64,000 bases of DNA, taken from contig NW_027362762.1 of assembly GCF_046119375.1 (NCBI RefSeq), positions 733,150,001-733,214,000 of the forward strand, given 5' to 3'. The stretch comes from Phyllobates terribilis (taxonomy: Eukaryota). The notes under the pieces are model-generated. The model did not search any database. It worked only from the letters and a program-made list of their open reading frames with translations, and had not been told where the DNA came from. Position numbers and translations under genes: made by a program. Below are positions 48,640-62,529 of the stretch, one piece after another; within the stretch, counting starts at the first letter, position 1; the number at the start of each line of letters is the position of its first letter.

Positions 48640-49924
48640 CGTGACGCTCAGACGTCTGGTGTAAGCCCTTTTAGTTCACCCTGGGTGTTGGGGGACTCGG
48701 TGTTGGGTCCTGTGATAGAGAGATGGGATGCAGCCGTGGCCCGGACCTGACCCGTGCTCAGGGCCGTCACATTAAAAGGAGATGGTGAGGGCTTATCCGG
48801 GTTGAGTGGCTAATTAACGACTACGCCACCTGTGGTGCCTGGTGAAGGGCCACCAGCGCCGCTGCAGTCCGCTGAGGCATGGTTTTATGGCGGCCAGAGT
48901 TCTTACTACTCCCCACAGGCGGAGCAAGGCCTCAGGGCAGAGGGACAGGAGGATGGGGGTAGCAGTAGAGGAGAAGGGAAGCCGCGTCCCGCGGTGTGGC
49001 ACAGAAATAACAGTCCGGAGGCCATAGGGGTGAACTTCCAAGGCTTTACTCACTTAGATGGCAAAGGAAGACGACTCCCTGCTCCTCACGGAGTACTGCG
49101 CTCACCAGGGGTGGGGGTCCGACAACCTCCGAGTAAGTCCAGCATTCAGTCGGGACCCTACAGCAGAGTGTTCCTGAACTACAGACCGAATCCTTTCCTG
49201 TCCGTGTGTGTGCAAATAGGCCGGGACTCCCTCTGAGCTCTTCTCAGAACAAGGGTACGGGTGGCAGCTCCGCTCCGTCCGATACCCAGTGGGATCCTCA
49301 GGGCCTACCGGGCTTTCCCGTCCAGGACATAGAGTAGCAAGGTCGGGTGTCGGGGGCCGGTACCCCTCTTTCAGCCGGAGTCCCTCTGAATATATCAGCA
49401 CGGCGAGGACAGGTGGCATACTCCGCTCCGTCTGCATCCTGCCTGGGATCCATTTGCTGTGGAGCCACACTCTTAAGCTCCGGGCCTTCTTGGTCCTGGT
49501 CATTGGCCGGGTTGAGACATTCCTTGTCTACAACCTTCCCCTCGTCCCAAGGCCGGGGTATGAGGGCTGTGTCTCCCGACCCTGCAGGCCCACACAAGAT
49601 CTGCGCTCCGGGAGGGAGGTCACAGTAACACACAGTATTTATCAGCACAAAGACCAAGATCAAAGATGGCTTTCTATTAAATATGAAATTTAAAGTGTAA
49701 CTAACTTGTAGGTCCTCCACCCTCACCCACTAACTGGTTCCCCTAACTCTTGGTTCCCCAGTCTCCCTGTAACCAGGGAGCAGCACCTAGTGCATACTAG
49801 CTCCCTCTGGTGGAGAAGTGTGGTGTTGGATGTAAGGGCTGGGTCACGACTATCACACTGGCCTTACCTCAGAGGAGGAACACTACACTCCATTAGAGAA
49901 GTGCAGCAACCCTGTGGCGCCACA
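48640..49924 (-). repeat. 5' LTR of the CSD element (1285 bp)
   Basis: Followed on the minus strand by AACC and the PBS. Lacks ~18 nt (between GGCG microhomologies) that is present near the start of the other LTR. Confidence 0.92.
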
Positions 49925-52900
49925 TTTGGACGTATCCATACGTCCAGGTTGGTAAGTTCTTCCCGACCTCGGACATATGGATACGTCCAGGCAATTTTGC
50001 GCGCACGATCGCCACCGGGTGTTCAGCTGACATGACAGTTCACACCCGCCACTCACTGCCAGAAGCGGTGCCTGGTTTTAAGGGGCAGTTTAACCCCCTA
50101 AATGCTGCGATCAATATAGATCACAGCATTTAGAAGGCAGAGGGAGGGGCTGATCATTGCCAAGGTGACCCAACGTTGTCATGACGACTTCTGGTCACCA
50201 AGCACTAGCAAGCTTGTTTGACAATGCGCAGTACATGGTCTAACAAGCTTGTGTCTGCAGCACTGACAGGTTATAAAGCATAGCATTGCTCCTGCATTGC
50301 AATGCTTTATAACTGCGAATATAGAGAGCGCAAAAGTGAAAGTCTCAAAGTGAAAACAATTTTAAAATATTTTTTCAAAAATCAAAAAATAACAAAAAAA
50401 ATATATGTATATTGTACCCATAAATAAATATTTTTGTGACAAAAAAAAGTAGATATATTTGGTATTGCCACATCCGGAGTGACCTGCCCTATAAAAATGT
50501 CATACTAGTTAACCCCTTCAGTGAACACCATAAAACAAATTAATAAAAAATTGGAATAGAAAGCGATCAAAAAATGTCATCTGCCCAACAATGATACCAA
50601 CAAAAACTTCAACTCATCCCACAAAATACAAGCCACCACATGACTCTGTTGGCAGAAATATGGAAAAATTATTGCTCTCAAATATGGTAATGCAAAACTG
50701 TTTTGTTTTTTTTAAAAAGTGTCTTTTAGTGTGTGACAGCTGCCAATCATAAAAATCCAATATAAATCTGCTACCACTGTAATCTCACCGATCCGAAGAA
50801 TAAAGTAGTCTAATCACTTATACCACACAAGGAACGGTGTAAAAAATAAATAAAACCAATTCTTCACCTGCTGTTGATTTGTTCATACTGCCTCTCAAAG
50901 ATCGCAATAAAACACGGCTCATATTCATCCTGCGCTCTGCGCTGAGCGCTTACACCGGGGTTTCCGTGTAAATCTCTGAAATACATGATTCAGACGGAAG
51001 CCCAGGGAGAAGATTCCCTGTAATGAGGCAGATGGAGACCCTGTGGACTCTGTCTGGCCTGTGATCTGGTGGTGTCCGTCTTTTTAGGCGTGCATAAAAG
51101 TGCCATCAGCCACAGTTTTGTGCACCTCTGAAAAAAAGAACACCGCTGAACAGAGGACAGACGGAGTCCAGAGTAACTCTGCTGCTTCATTATCGTGAAT
51201 GGATCCCTTGTGGGTTTCATCTAAATCATGTCACTCGGAGATTTAGATGGAAACCCCAATATAAGTGCTCAGTATAGAGCGCCAGATAAGTGTGATCCCA
51301 AATTTTATGTAAATTGTTACTAACAAAAGCTTCAAATCAATCCACAAAAAAGCCCTCTCACAGGCCCGTCATCTGTCAATGGAAATATAGGGGGATACCG
51401 CATTACTGGTAGGACAGGGGAAATTTAAAAGTGAAATGGCTCCTCGCCCCAAAAGAAATTCAGCAAATTCTGCACTACCAAATCCAAATGCCCCCCTCCC
51501 TTCTGAGCCCACAGTGTGCCTAAACCACATTTAGGTTCCACATATTTGGCATTTCTGTAGCGATAAGAGCCCACCTAATTTACGGATGCATGTCTACAGA
51601 AGCATGAGCTGGGAACTACATCGTACTGGTCACTAAAACATACTGGGGACTACAACGTTCTGGGGACTACAACAGCAATTTGCAATTTTCACTCAGACAC
51701 ATCAACTGCTGCTTGTTTCCGAAAAACACCCATGGAGTCAACATCGTCGCTACACTTGTAGATAAAATGGGGTCTCTTGAGGAGTGATTCTGCTCTTCTA
51801 GCACTTAGAGGCTCTGTATATGGAGTCCCCAAAATATTCTAGGAAAATCTGTGCTCCAGGAGGCGAATAGCGCTCCATCCCTCCCGAGTCTCGCCGTATG
51901 CCTAAGAGCCACATGTGGGGTATTCACCACGTTCAGCAGAAATTCTGTGACAAATTTTGGTCCTATTTCTACCCATTTTCCCATGTGAAAAGGTAAAATC
52001 TGAATTTTGGTGGTAAAAAGGTAATTATTTTTTCTTCACTGTCCAATGGTATAAAATTCTGTGACACATCTGTGGTATCAATATGATCACGTTCCCCCCC
52101 TAGATCAATTCATTGAGGGGTGTAGTCTGTAAAATGCGATCACTTATGGGGATTCTGCTGTTCTAGGACCTCAGGGGCTCTCCCAGTAAGTCATGGCACC
52201 TGCAAACCGTAATTGTAAAATTTGCACTATTATATGGAGCTCCTTCCCTTCTGAGCTTTTCACTGTATTGGCGCACTCAAGAGACATTTTTACAGCAAAT
52301 TAAGGTGCATTTTTACCTACTAGCTTTAGAAAAATTAAAAACTTGGGGCTAAAACAACATTTTAGTTGTAAAAATGTAATTTTTCTTTCTTCACAGCCCA
52401 ATGGTATAAAATTCTGTGAGGCACATGTGGTGTCAATAGGATCACTGCACCCCTAGATGAATTCATTCCAGCAAAATCTGAACTCCAATATGGAGCTTCT
52501 TCCCTTCTGAGCTTTGTACTGTGCCTCAAAATTAGTTTTCGACCACATATAAGGTATCGGTGTACTCAGGAGAAATTTCACAACAAATTTTGGGGTCCAT
52601 CTTCTTCTGCTATCCTTGTAAAAATGAAAAAAATTGAGGCTAAAACAACATTTTTGTGAGAAAAATATATATTTTTTCATTTTCACAGATCAACGTAGCA
52701 AAATTCTGTGAAGCACCTGGTGGTTCAAGGTGTTCACCACACATCTAGATAAATTCCTTGAGGGGTCTAGTTTCCAAAATGGCATCACTTATGGGGGTTT
52801 CCACTGTTTAGGCACATCAGGGGCTCTCCAAACGTGACAGGACACTCGCAGACCATTCCAACAAAGTCTGTGTTCCAAACATCACTCCTACCTTTCTGAG

Positions 52901-55816
52901 CCCTGCCATGCACCCAAACAGTAGTTTTCCCGCACATATGGGGTATCTGCATACTCAGGAGAAATTGCACAACAAATTTTGGAGTCAATTTTTTTCCTGT
53001 TAACCCACTGAAAATAAAAAATTTGGGGCTAAAATAACATTTTTGTGTGAAAAATTAGATTTTTTTTATTTTCATAGCTCTACATTACAAACTTCTGTGA
53101 AGCACATGGGGGGTCAAGGGGCTCACCACAAATAAAGATAAATTAATTGAGGGGTATAGTTTACAAAATGGGTTCTCTTGTGGTGAGTTTCAGGGGCTCT
53201 CCAAAAGCGACATGGCATCCGCTAACGATTCCAGCAAATTTTGCGTTCAAAAAGTCAAATGGCGCTCCTTTCCTCCGGAGCCCTGCCATATGCCCAAACA
53301 GTTGTTTTCCCCCCACATATGGGGTATCGGTGTACTCAGGAGAAATTGCACAACAAATTATGTGGTGCATTTTCTCCTGTTACCCTTGTGAAAATGCAAA
53401 ATTTGGGGCTAAAATAACATTTTTGTGGACAAAATTAGATTTTTGCTTTTCATGGCTCAATGTTATAAATTTCTGTGGAGCACCAGGGGGTTTAAGGTGC
53501 TCACCACACATCTAGATACATTCCTTGAGAGGTCTAGTTTCCAAAATGGCATCAGTTGTGGAGGGTTTCCATTGTTTAGGCACATCATGGCTCTCCAAAC
53601 AGGACATGGCGTCCGCTAATGAGTTTAGCCAATTTTGAGTTCAAAAAGTCATACGGTGCTCCCTTCCGAGCTCTGCCATGCACCCAAACAGTAGTTTTCC
53701 CCAACATATGGAGTATCTGTGGGCTAAGGAGAAATTGCACAACAAATTTTATTGCATTTTCTCTTGTTACCCTTGTGAAAATAAAAAAAAATTAAGTCTA
53801 AAGAAAAACTATTGAGAAAAAAAGTTAAATGTTCATTTTTTGCTTCCACATTCTATTAATTCTTATGAAACACCTCATGAAGGGTTAATAAACTTCTTGA
53901 ATGTGGTTTTGAACACTTTTAAGGGTGCAGTGTTTATAATGGTGTCAATTTTGGGTATTTTCTGTCATTTTCTGCTATTATGTCTCTCAAAGTCACTTCA
54001 AATGTGATGTGATCCCTAAAAAAATGATTTTGTAAATTTTGTTGGAAAAATTAGAAATTGCTGGTCAACTTTTAACTTCTAACTTCCTAACAAAAATAAA
54101 TAATGTTTCAAAAATTGTGCTGATGTAAGGTAAACATGTGGGAAATGTTATTTATTAACTATCTTGTGTGACTTAACTCTGATTTAAGGGCTTGAAAATG
54201 AAAAGTTTGAAAATTGCGAAATTATCGCCAAATTTTTGATTTTTTTTCAGAAATAAAAGTCATATCAAACAAACTTTACCCATATCATGAGGTACAATAT
54301 GTCACGAAAAAATAAACTCAGAATCGATGCGATCCATTGAAGAGTTGAATTATTACCACATAAAGTGACACTAGTCAAAATTGTAAAATTTGGCTTGGTC
54401 ATGAAGGTTAAAAGATTTTTGGGGGATAAAAGGGTTAAGTTGATGTCCAACAGTTTAACAAGTTTTACCACATGACCAATGGTGTGATGTGTGCATCATA
54501 TAATCAGGTCAGATTTTCATCCACTAGCAAAGTGGTTCTGATTGACTGCCCGCAGAAATCTTGAAAATCCTAAGAAATTGATAGAGAATGTATATTGGAA
54601 ATAGTATCACTTGCACTACACAAAAAATAACCTTTTTTTGCTGAAACTATACTAGCCCTTTAAGAATTTATCAGCGAAACATGGCTGGAAAGAATAATCA
54701 TGAAAGATGAAGCAAGGGTCTAGTTTATTGGGATCATAACAAATCTCATTTTACCGCTTGGTTAGTAAATAGAGCTGTTAGTGGAAGCAATTCTAGACAC
54801 AATAGGGGACCATGTCTCAAAGAGAGAAGAGGGATTAAGAAGTAATGAAGGTGTGTAAAAATAGAAGATTTATGTTACATCAAGGCAGCAAAATGAAGCA
54901 GAATAGACAGGAAATACAATACGACGAGGGCAAAATATTTATAAAACACAAAAGCACATTAACCAAAGGCATAAGATCAACATCTGCCTTTTAAAAGGGT
55001 GTCTAGAAGATTTTCCCTTCTAAATTCTTCTATTAGAATCCATATCCATTAACGTAAACCTCTCAGGTCCTCTGACTCTTCCCAACTGCATAAAAACCTA
55101 ATCCTTTATTCTAATAAGGTATTTTATGTGCTTAATTAGGCTGCAGGCTTTTAAAAATAAACTTTTATTCCACAGCATTACATACGCTAATGAGGCAGGA
55201 CTAGACCGGAAAGGGTCAGTAGACCTGACAAGTTTTTTTAAAAATAATAAACATCTACAAATATTGGATACCATAATAAAAAAAATGTAAAATAAATACT
55301 TCATTATTTTAATACATATAATAAGGCTTGTTAAAGGGTCGATAATATCTTTAGGATTGCTACTTCTAGCAGGCGGCAATAGAGTTCAAGTCCTCTTCCT
55401 CTCTAAAGAATATTTAATTTTGCCGAGGAGCACTGGATTGCCTATAAGCCTCCTTACACTGGCATGTTAGGCATGTCATGCTCCACAGGGGCGGATACTG
55501 ACAGCTTGGGGCCCCTGTGCAAGAAATATGTCTCGGCCCCCCTCCCTGCTCGGCAAGCTGCTTATGATGAGGGCAATCTGGCCGTGGGACTCCCAGAGAC
55601 TCGGGCTCTGAGCAACAGGCAACATCTCCGTTAGGATTCAGTTCTGCTGAGCCCAGCCATGTATATATTATATTAAATTATATGTCTGGTATCTATACCG
55701 TCTAGTATCTATATGATAGCATACTAAAAATAAAAGTATGGAATATTGTAGTAGACTGCAGTATTCCATACAATGGTATCCTGTAAAGCATGTACTTAAA
55801 ATATTTACTTTTTTTT

Positions 55817-56210
55817 CTACATTGGATGTTGCAACCACTGTTTGGCATCCATAGGATGCAACTGTGCAACATATGCATCATGGCCAAGTCTGAGGTCCAG
55901 AGCACTCTGGAAGAGGTTTTCATCCACGATATCTCTGAACTTGGCCGCATTCATGTTTCCTTCAATTGCAACCAGTCGTCCTGTCCCTGCAGCTGAAAAA
56001 CACCCCCATAGCATGATGCTGCCACCATCATGTTTCACTGTTGGGATTATGTTGGGCAGGTGATGAGCAGTGCCTGGTTTTCTCCACACATACCACTTAG
56101 AATTATCAACAAAAAGTTCTATTTTCGTCTCATCAGACCAGAGAATCTTATTTCTCATAGTCTGTGAGTCCTTCATGTGTTTTTGAGCAAACTCTATGCG
56201 GGCTTTCAGT
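55817..56210 (-). mobile_element. Tc1 transposase fragment
   Basis: [10 protein letters not shown]...[16 protein letters not shown]. Confidence 0.8.
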
Positions 56211-57666
56211 CACATAAAGTCAATTAGAACACCGGCACCTGTGCATACCATGTATTTCCCCCGTTAAGCAGGACTAAGCACCTATCCCCTGAGACCGGGT
56301 GCTAAACTTCTGTATAAAAGTTCTCGCAAATGCGCTTTGAGGGGTCAGACAAGTATGGGGGAAGTGACAAAGGTAACTACATTTAACTAATGTTCTACCC
56401 ATCTCTATCCAATCACATGACACCATACAGCTGCAAATTAAAAAGATCAATTAAAAACACAATAGAAGACATGCCAAGATACATCGTATTAAAGTATATA
56501 ACCAAGATACTGATTCATCTCCTTTGTCTTTTTAACACCGACCGGGTTTGCGGCTGAAGCCATTCTATGAGTATTATAAATCAAACTTTTATGGACCTGG
56601 AGATATCACATATGTGGGTTTTTTTAATTTTTTTGTGTTAATTTTTAATGGGAAATAGGTGGTGATTCGAACTTTTTATTTTTTTAATTTTTTCATATTT
56701 TTTAAAACTTTTTTTTAATTTATACTTTTTTTTAGTTGCATAGGAGTGCCGTCATGACAGACAGCTTCAGCAGGCCCCCTTTTGTCATGGTAACCCATCA
56801 GCTCCCCGCAATCACGTTGGGGGGGAGGTGTTATGGACACATGGAACAGTGTGTACCTGGGCAATGCACTGTAAATGCCACTTTCACTGTTGGCATTTAA
56901 ATGGTTAACAGCAGTGCGCAGAGCTCAGCTCCACCCACGACTGTTAAAGGCAGATGTTGACTGAATAACTCAGAAATCATCTTCCAGGAAAAATGCAGGT
57001 TAAGCACCTGAGCCCACATCAAAGGCAGAGACTCGAGATGTGACATAATAGTACTACAATTGGTTCTTCACCAGAACTGTGCAAGACACAGTTGACCTCA
57101 AAATTATATGTATATTTTGTATATATTGTTACTTCTGTCACTTTTTGTTATTTTCTTATATATGACTTGCACAGTTCTGATGAAAGTCCAAATGTAGGAC
57201 CAAAACTTTAACATAAAGATTGCCTATTAAACAAGTTATCATTCATGACAACCTTCGTAGTGCCAAGTATTCTCTACTATATTACTATAGGTTGGAACCC
57301 TACTTAGGCACCTTTCCATATACTATTATTATTATTATTAATTTATATAGCGCCATTGATTCCATTGTGCTGTACATAGAATATACCAGGAGTGTTGTAT
57401 ATTTATCAACGTGACATAATAGTATATCATATGTCGGACAGGGATTAAAAAAAAAATAAAATGGAGGGCATATCTACACAGAAGCATAAGCAGCAATCTA
57501 TATGGCTAATTAGTAATACATAGTAAATAAATAATCTACACTGACTGATGTATCATAGGAGGGCAGTGTGATTAAACACCCAAAATTTATACTGAATATT
57601 CGGTAAGCATAAAAACAGTATAAAGGTAAATAAAGTGAGATGCAACACAACCCCAAAGTAAACCAC

Positions 57667-60600
57667 TGTGGTAGATTGACTCACTCGGCTTCTTAAAAAG
57701 GCAGACACAGAAACCATTTCTATTTAAAGTGCGGCTGGTTTATTGCAATCCTCATAAACCACGTCACCAAAAAACGTAAATGCAGCCTTTGTCCAGCAGA
57801 AGGTAAAACATAAAATAACAAGCCCATACAATAGTGCTGGTTAGCCCACCTGGCTTAGAATCCAGCTTCCATGTCCTTTAACAAAGGCATTCAATCCAGG
57901 AGACCTGCAATCTCCATACATGCATGTGTGAAACAAACAGATCAGAGCTTTCACCTCCAGGTCCACCCCACACCAAATGCTCTAAAAGCTGTGAATTTTA
58001 TCCTCTGACCTCCTTCCTGTCTACAGGTGTTCACTCATCCTAGCACTAAAGATGGCTAATTAACCCTTATTCCTTTGTGTGCTGGAACCTTTTTCCTATG
58101 TTTAATTACTGGAGCTAACAATCTCAGTGCTACCTATCTCCCCTCCAGTACTTTGCTAGTGACTTTGTCACATATTCCACTCCTCTGCCCAAAGCCGTAG
58201 GTTTTGGCACCTTCAGGCACTAAACAGGGTAGTCTAAAGTGGCATCTGCATTACTGTGCAGCTTCCCAGTCCTGTGTGCCTCATGAAAGATGAAGACCTA
58301 TAGCCTTGATTTTCAACTCTTGGAACGCCATCCCTGCTTCAAGAGGTCATTTGGTCATTTACATCTTCGTGCCCTTAAGAAGGTCTATCAGGGGGTGTGG
58401 CTATCATGGCGAAATTCGGTATACTCCGCTGATAGTATCCCATCATTCCCAGAAATGCCCGAAGCTGTTCCTTGGAGACCGGTTTCGGCCAATTTTGGAC
58501 TGCCTCCACCTTATTCAGCTGTGGCTTTACTTTGCTTCTTCCAATGATGTAGCCCAGGTATTTTCCTTTCTTTTTCCCAATGGCACACTTCTTTGGGTTT
58601 ATGGTAAACCCCCCTTTCCTCAGTGCATAAAAGCATGGCCTGGACCTTCTGCAGATGACTTCCCCAATCTGGGCTTAATATCACAATATCATCGAGGTAA
58701 GCTGCAGCATACTTTTTATGAGGGGCTAAGATCCGGTCTATGTCCCTCCGGAAGGTAGCCGGGTCTCTTTGCAGGCCAAATGGGCTTTTAGTATACTGGA
58801 AGCAACCGTCCGGTGTAAAATTGGTCGTCGTCTTCTTTTTGGCACCTTGAGAGACGGGGATTTGCCAATAACCTTTCGTTAGGTCTAGGGAGGTGATGTA
58901 TGTGACTGACCATAGCTTTGATATGAGATCATAGTCGCGGGGTATCAGATATGCGTCAATTTTAGCCCCTTCCATTAAAAACAACTTGCGGTGGGCTTCG
59001 GGGATTCTATACGGCTTTTGGTTCACCTGTATATGTGGTTCCATCAGGATTCTATGTTCACCAACCTGCATATGTCTTGGTAACTCTGAAAACAGGTTTT
59101 GGTTCTGCTGAAGAAGTTCTTGGCACTGTTGTTTCTGGGCCGGTGACAGTGTCACCTTCTGGTCTTTCCAGCCCACGTGGAATTTCAACTTGGTTTCCCT
59201 GTTGCCCTGCCTTGATGAATAGCAGCACGAGAGGATTTTGGAATGGAGAGGTGGTAGCGATTAACTGGCAGGTGGGACAGGACTTGCAATATTTTAGGAT
59301 TTCACAGTGACATCTGCGCCAATAGTACCTCTGCATGACCCGTTGTTGAGTTTTGTCCTCCCCCAGATGGCCACCCAAGACATGTGAATGGGCCCTGTCC
59401 AACACTCTTTATCTAAAGGTTCCTGGTACCAATAATTGCTCCACTATCTCCTCCTTCACCTTAGTGACCTGGTACAGTAAGCCCCCACTCAACATGAAAT
59501 AGGGAAACCTTGTGTCAGATCCTGACTCCTGTGTTATGCCATTTATGACAGTTACCTTATTGAATGCCTCTTTTATAGTTAGGTCCCTATGTTGGGTGAA
59601 CCCCAATTTTTCTGTGGTCATCCCTATCTCAGGAATGTCTGCCTCAGGGGATACTACCGTCTCCTCTTCACCTACTACACAGAAGGGAAACTCGTCAGAC
59701 TCTGAGGTTGGTGTGACTTTTTTAGGGCCAACCCATTTCTTACCTGAGCAATTGAGGTCTCCACCCCTCCCCTACAAGTCCCAAAACTACACATATTCCC
59801 AACCTATGATAATTGAGTGCAACAAATCCTGGACCACGCTGACCTCATGGGATTCAATACCTCGGGCTGTCTCAATTACCACTCTGGCCACCGGATAGTC
59901 TTTAGCATCCCTATGAATGCAGCGGATGCCCACCTTCTTCCCAGGGATCAATTGGAGAGGGAGTGTGTCCCTTTTGAGGGTCACCAAACTCCCTGAGTCT
60001 AGTAGTCCAGTCATTTTCAGGCCATTCACTTTGACAGGACAAGCTTAGGGCCCCTTGCCGGGTGGACAGTCCACACTGCAAGCTGGATATGCGAAAAAGG
60101 AACACCGGTGTCCTATGCTGCAGTCCATTTGCTCGGTGGTCAAGGGACAATGGACTGATATATGACCTGGGCTATGACATCTCCAGCAAATTACATCCCC
60201 CGATGAGGGCCTTGGCATGACCTCTGACGCCCCCTTGGACTTTGGATGCCCCACCTCCTTTTTAACATCAGCCTCCCCAGTATGGAATGGGTTGCCTCGA
60301 CCCCCTGATACCTTTCGACCAGTCCAACCTAGTAATTGGTGTTCCAGGGATTTCCCTGGGCAACCCAAGTATGCATCGGGCTCGGTAGGGAGTGCACGAA
60401 CCGATCCATTACAATTCACTCTACCATCTGCGCTGGGGTAGAGGACTCCGGCTGTAATCACTTTTGGATGAGATGCAACAGATCAAACATTTGGGAGCGA
60501 GGGGGTTTGTCCCGGTGAAATGCCCAGCGGTGTCACCCCCAAGCGCACCAACATTTCTGTTTTCAATTTTTCATATTCTTTGGCGTCCTGTAAGGAAAAA

Positions 60601-61691
60601 TCATAGTAAGCCTTTTGTGGCTCCCCCGTTTAGTATGGCGCAAGGACATTCACTGATTGCTCTGGTGGGAGATTCTCTCTATCGGCAACCCTTTCAAAAA
60701 GGCCTCTATGTCATCACCCGAGGTCATTTTCTGCAAGGCTCTCTTCACTGCCTTCCGGACAGAGAAATGATCAGCTGACATTGGAGTCGGAGCCGCTGCC
60801 ATGCCACGAACTGCCTCTGTGAGTAAATCAATCTGCTGCTGCTGTTGTGGACTCTGTTACTGGTACTGTTGGAGCTGCTGCTGGTGCTGTTGCTGCTGCT
60901 GCAGTTGTTGCTGTTGAAGCTGCTGCTGCTCCTGGTATTCTTATTGCTGTTTGAGCTGCTGCTGCTCCTGATGCTGCTGCAGCAGCTGCTGCTGCTGCTC
61001 CCAATGCTGCTGCAGCTGTTGCAGGTGTTGCTTCTGCTTCTGGTGCTGGCTTTGGACCACGTGATTGATCAGCTCCTCAATTTTTTCTGACCTCTGTTCC
61101 ATGCTCACAACCGCCTTCACCCAGGACATGCAGTCTGTCCACAGCTGTCACACTTGTTTGTTGGGGATCTAGCCTGCACTTCTATCACCAACTGTGGTAG
61201 ATTGACTCACTCAACTTCTTAAAGAGGCAGACATAGAAACCGTTTCTATTTAAAATGTGGATGGTTTACTGCAATCCTCATAAACCACGTCACTAGAAAA
61301 CATAAATACAGCCTTTGTCTGGCAGAAGGTAAAACATAAAATAACAAGTCCATACAATAATGCTGGTTAGCCCACCTGGCTTAGATTCCAGCTTCCATGT
61401 CCTTTAACAAAGGCATTCAATCCAGGAGACCTGCAATCTCCATACATCCGGCATTTGTGGAACAAACTGCTTAGAGCTTTCACCTCCAGGCCCACCCCAC
61501 ACCAAATGCTCTAAAGGCTGTGAAATTTATCCTGTGACCTCCTCCCTGTGTACAGATGTTCAATCATCCTAGCACTAAAGATGGCTAATTCCTTCGTGCG
61601 CTGGGTTCTTTTTCCTATGTTTAATTACTGAAGCTAAGAATCTCAGTGCTACATATCTCCCCTCCAGTACTTTGTCAGTGAATTTGTTACA
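57667..61691 (-). mobile_element. Gmr1-like Ty3/Gypsy LTR retrotransposon, internally deleted and decayed (4025 bp)
   Basis: LTRs 57667-58172 and 61193-61691, CCAC TSD, degenerate tRNA-Leu(CAA)-like PBS TGGTGATAGAAGTG (61177-61190), and PPT GGCAGAGGAGTGGAATA next to the 3' LTR. Confidence 0.92.
58290..61129 (-). pseudogene. gag-pol remnants in the order gag (polyQ, CCHC knuckle), protease, integrase Zn domain, RT, RNase H region
   Basis: polyQ and KMTSGDDIEAFL gag; CWRCHSPGHISVHC; protease LLDSGS; integrase HSHVLGGHLG...CKSCPTCQ; RT LDLTKGYWQIP, PFGL and YLDDIVI. Multiple frameshifts. Confidence 0.88.
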
Positions 61692-62529
61692 CCACAAATA
61701 ACATGGATTAGTAGTAATACACAGTAATAAATATGGGATTAATTTACACTGACATAGGCAAGAATAAAAAGCAGTATGAAGTAAAACCAAGCTGGGAATG
61801 TACAGTTGTGGATAAAAGTTTTAAGATTGACATAAAAACGTAAAGAGTTGGTCCACTGCATTAACATTGATGGCCTATCCTTAGGATAGGTCACCAATGT
61901 CTGATAGGTGGGGTTCTCGGTGTTGGTGGTGACCGGAACTGACCAGTTACAGAGCTGCACAGCTCAGCTCCGTCTACTGTATAGTAGCCACAACCAGATA
62001 CTGCACATCCGCCCCTTATTCTTAGGCCTGTTCCACACATATTGATATTTCCGGTATTGGAAAAATCAGTACCGGAGATATCCGTGTCCTTGTGTCCATG
62101 TGTCCTTGTGTGACATACATGTGGCAACCATGTGCCACATCAGAATCACACGCACCGGCACCAGGGAATCAGCGGTACAATTAGCACTGTTCTCAGGTGC
62201 CAGAGGCAAGTCTCATCATTGTCCCCTGCTGGCGCTGTGATCAGCGTGAATAAGGGAAAATGTTGAGAGTTGTATTCTGCTTCTGCTGTCTCCAAGTGTA
62301 AACATAAGAATAAAATAAAAAAATCATTATACTCACATGTTCAAAGTTGAAATAATCCAGTGTCCCTCGCCATAATCTACCTGACCGACATTTTTGTATC
62401 AGTGTGCACGGTGGCTTGAGGCGACTGCACACGCTGAGGAGCAGAGGAGAATGACTGAACTGTGCGGAGCTCACTGTGTGACAGGAAACCGCTCAGTGAG
62501 CTCAGTACAGGGGCCCGCTTGCTGCAGCG

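Larger units (their letters stand above)
45377..49924 (-). mobile_element. Non-autonomous LTR retroelement encoding a cold-shock-domain protein
   Basis: Direct repeats 45377-46680 and 48640-49924, TGT...ACA termini, TTTG TSD (45373-45376 and 49925-49928), PBS at 48618-48635, PPT at 46681-46689, and a 1959-bp interior without gag/pol motifs. Confidence 0.93.
45361..54407. mobile_element. Non-autonomous piggyBac-like element, interrupted near its left end by the LTR element
   Basis: Left TAA-CCCCTTCACGAC and right GGTCATGAAGG-TTAA. Removing the LTR element restores cacgac-tttg-gacgtatccatacgtcc. The interior (about 51700-53800) has repeated subunits; no transposase was seen. Confidence 0.65.

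Noticed and set aside
60845-61090. Poly-Leu ORF
   Set aside because: It is the antisense reading of the gag polyQ (CAG) tract.
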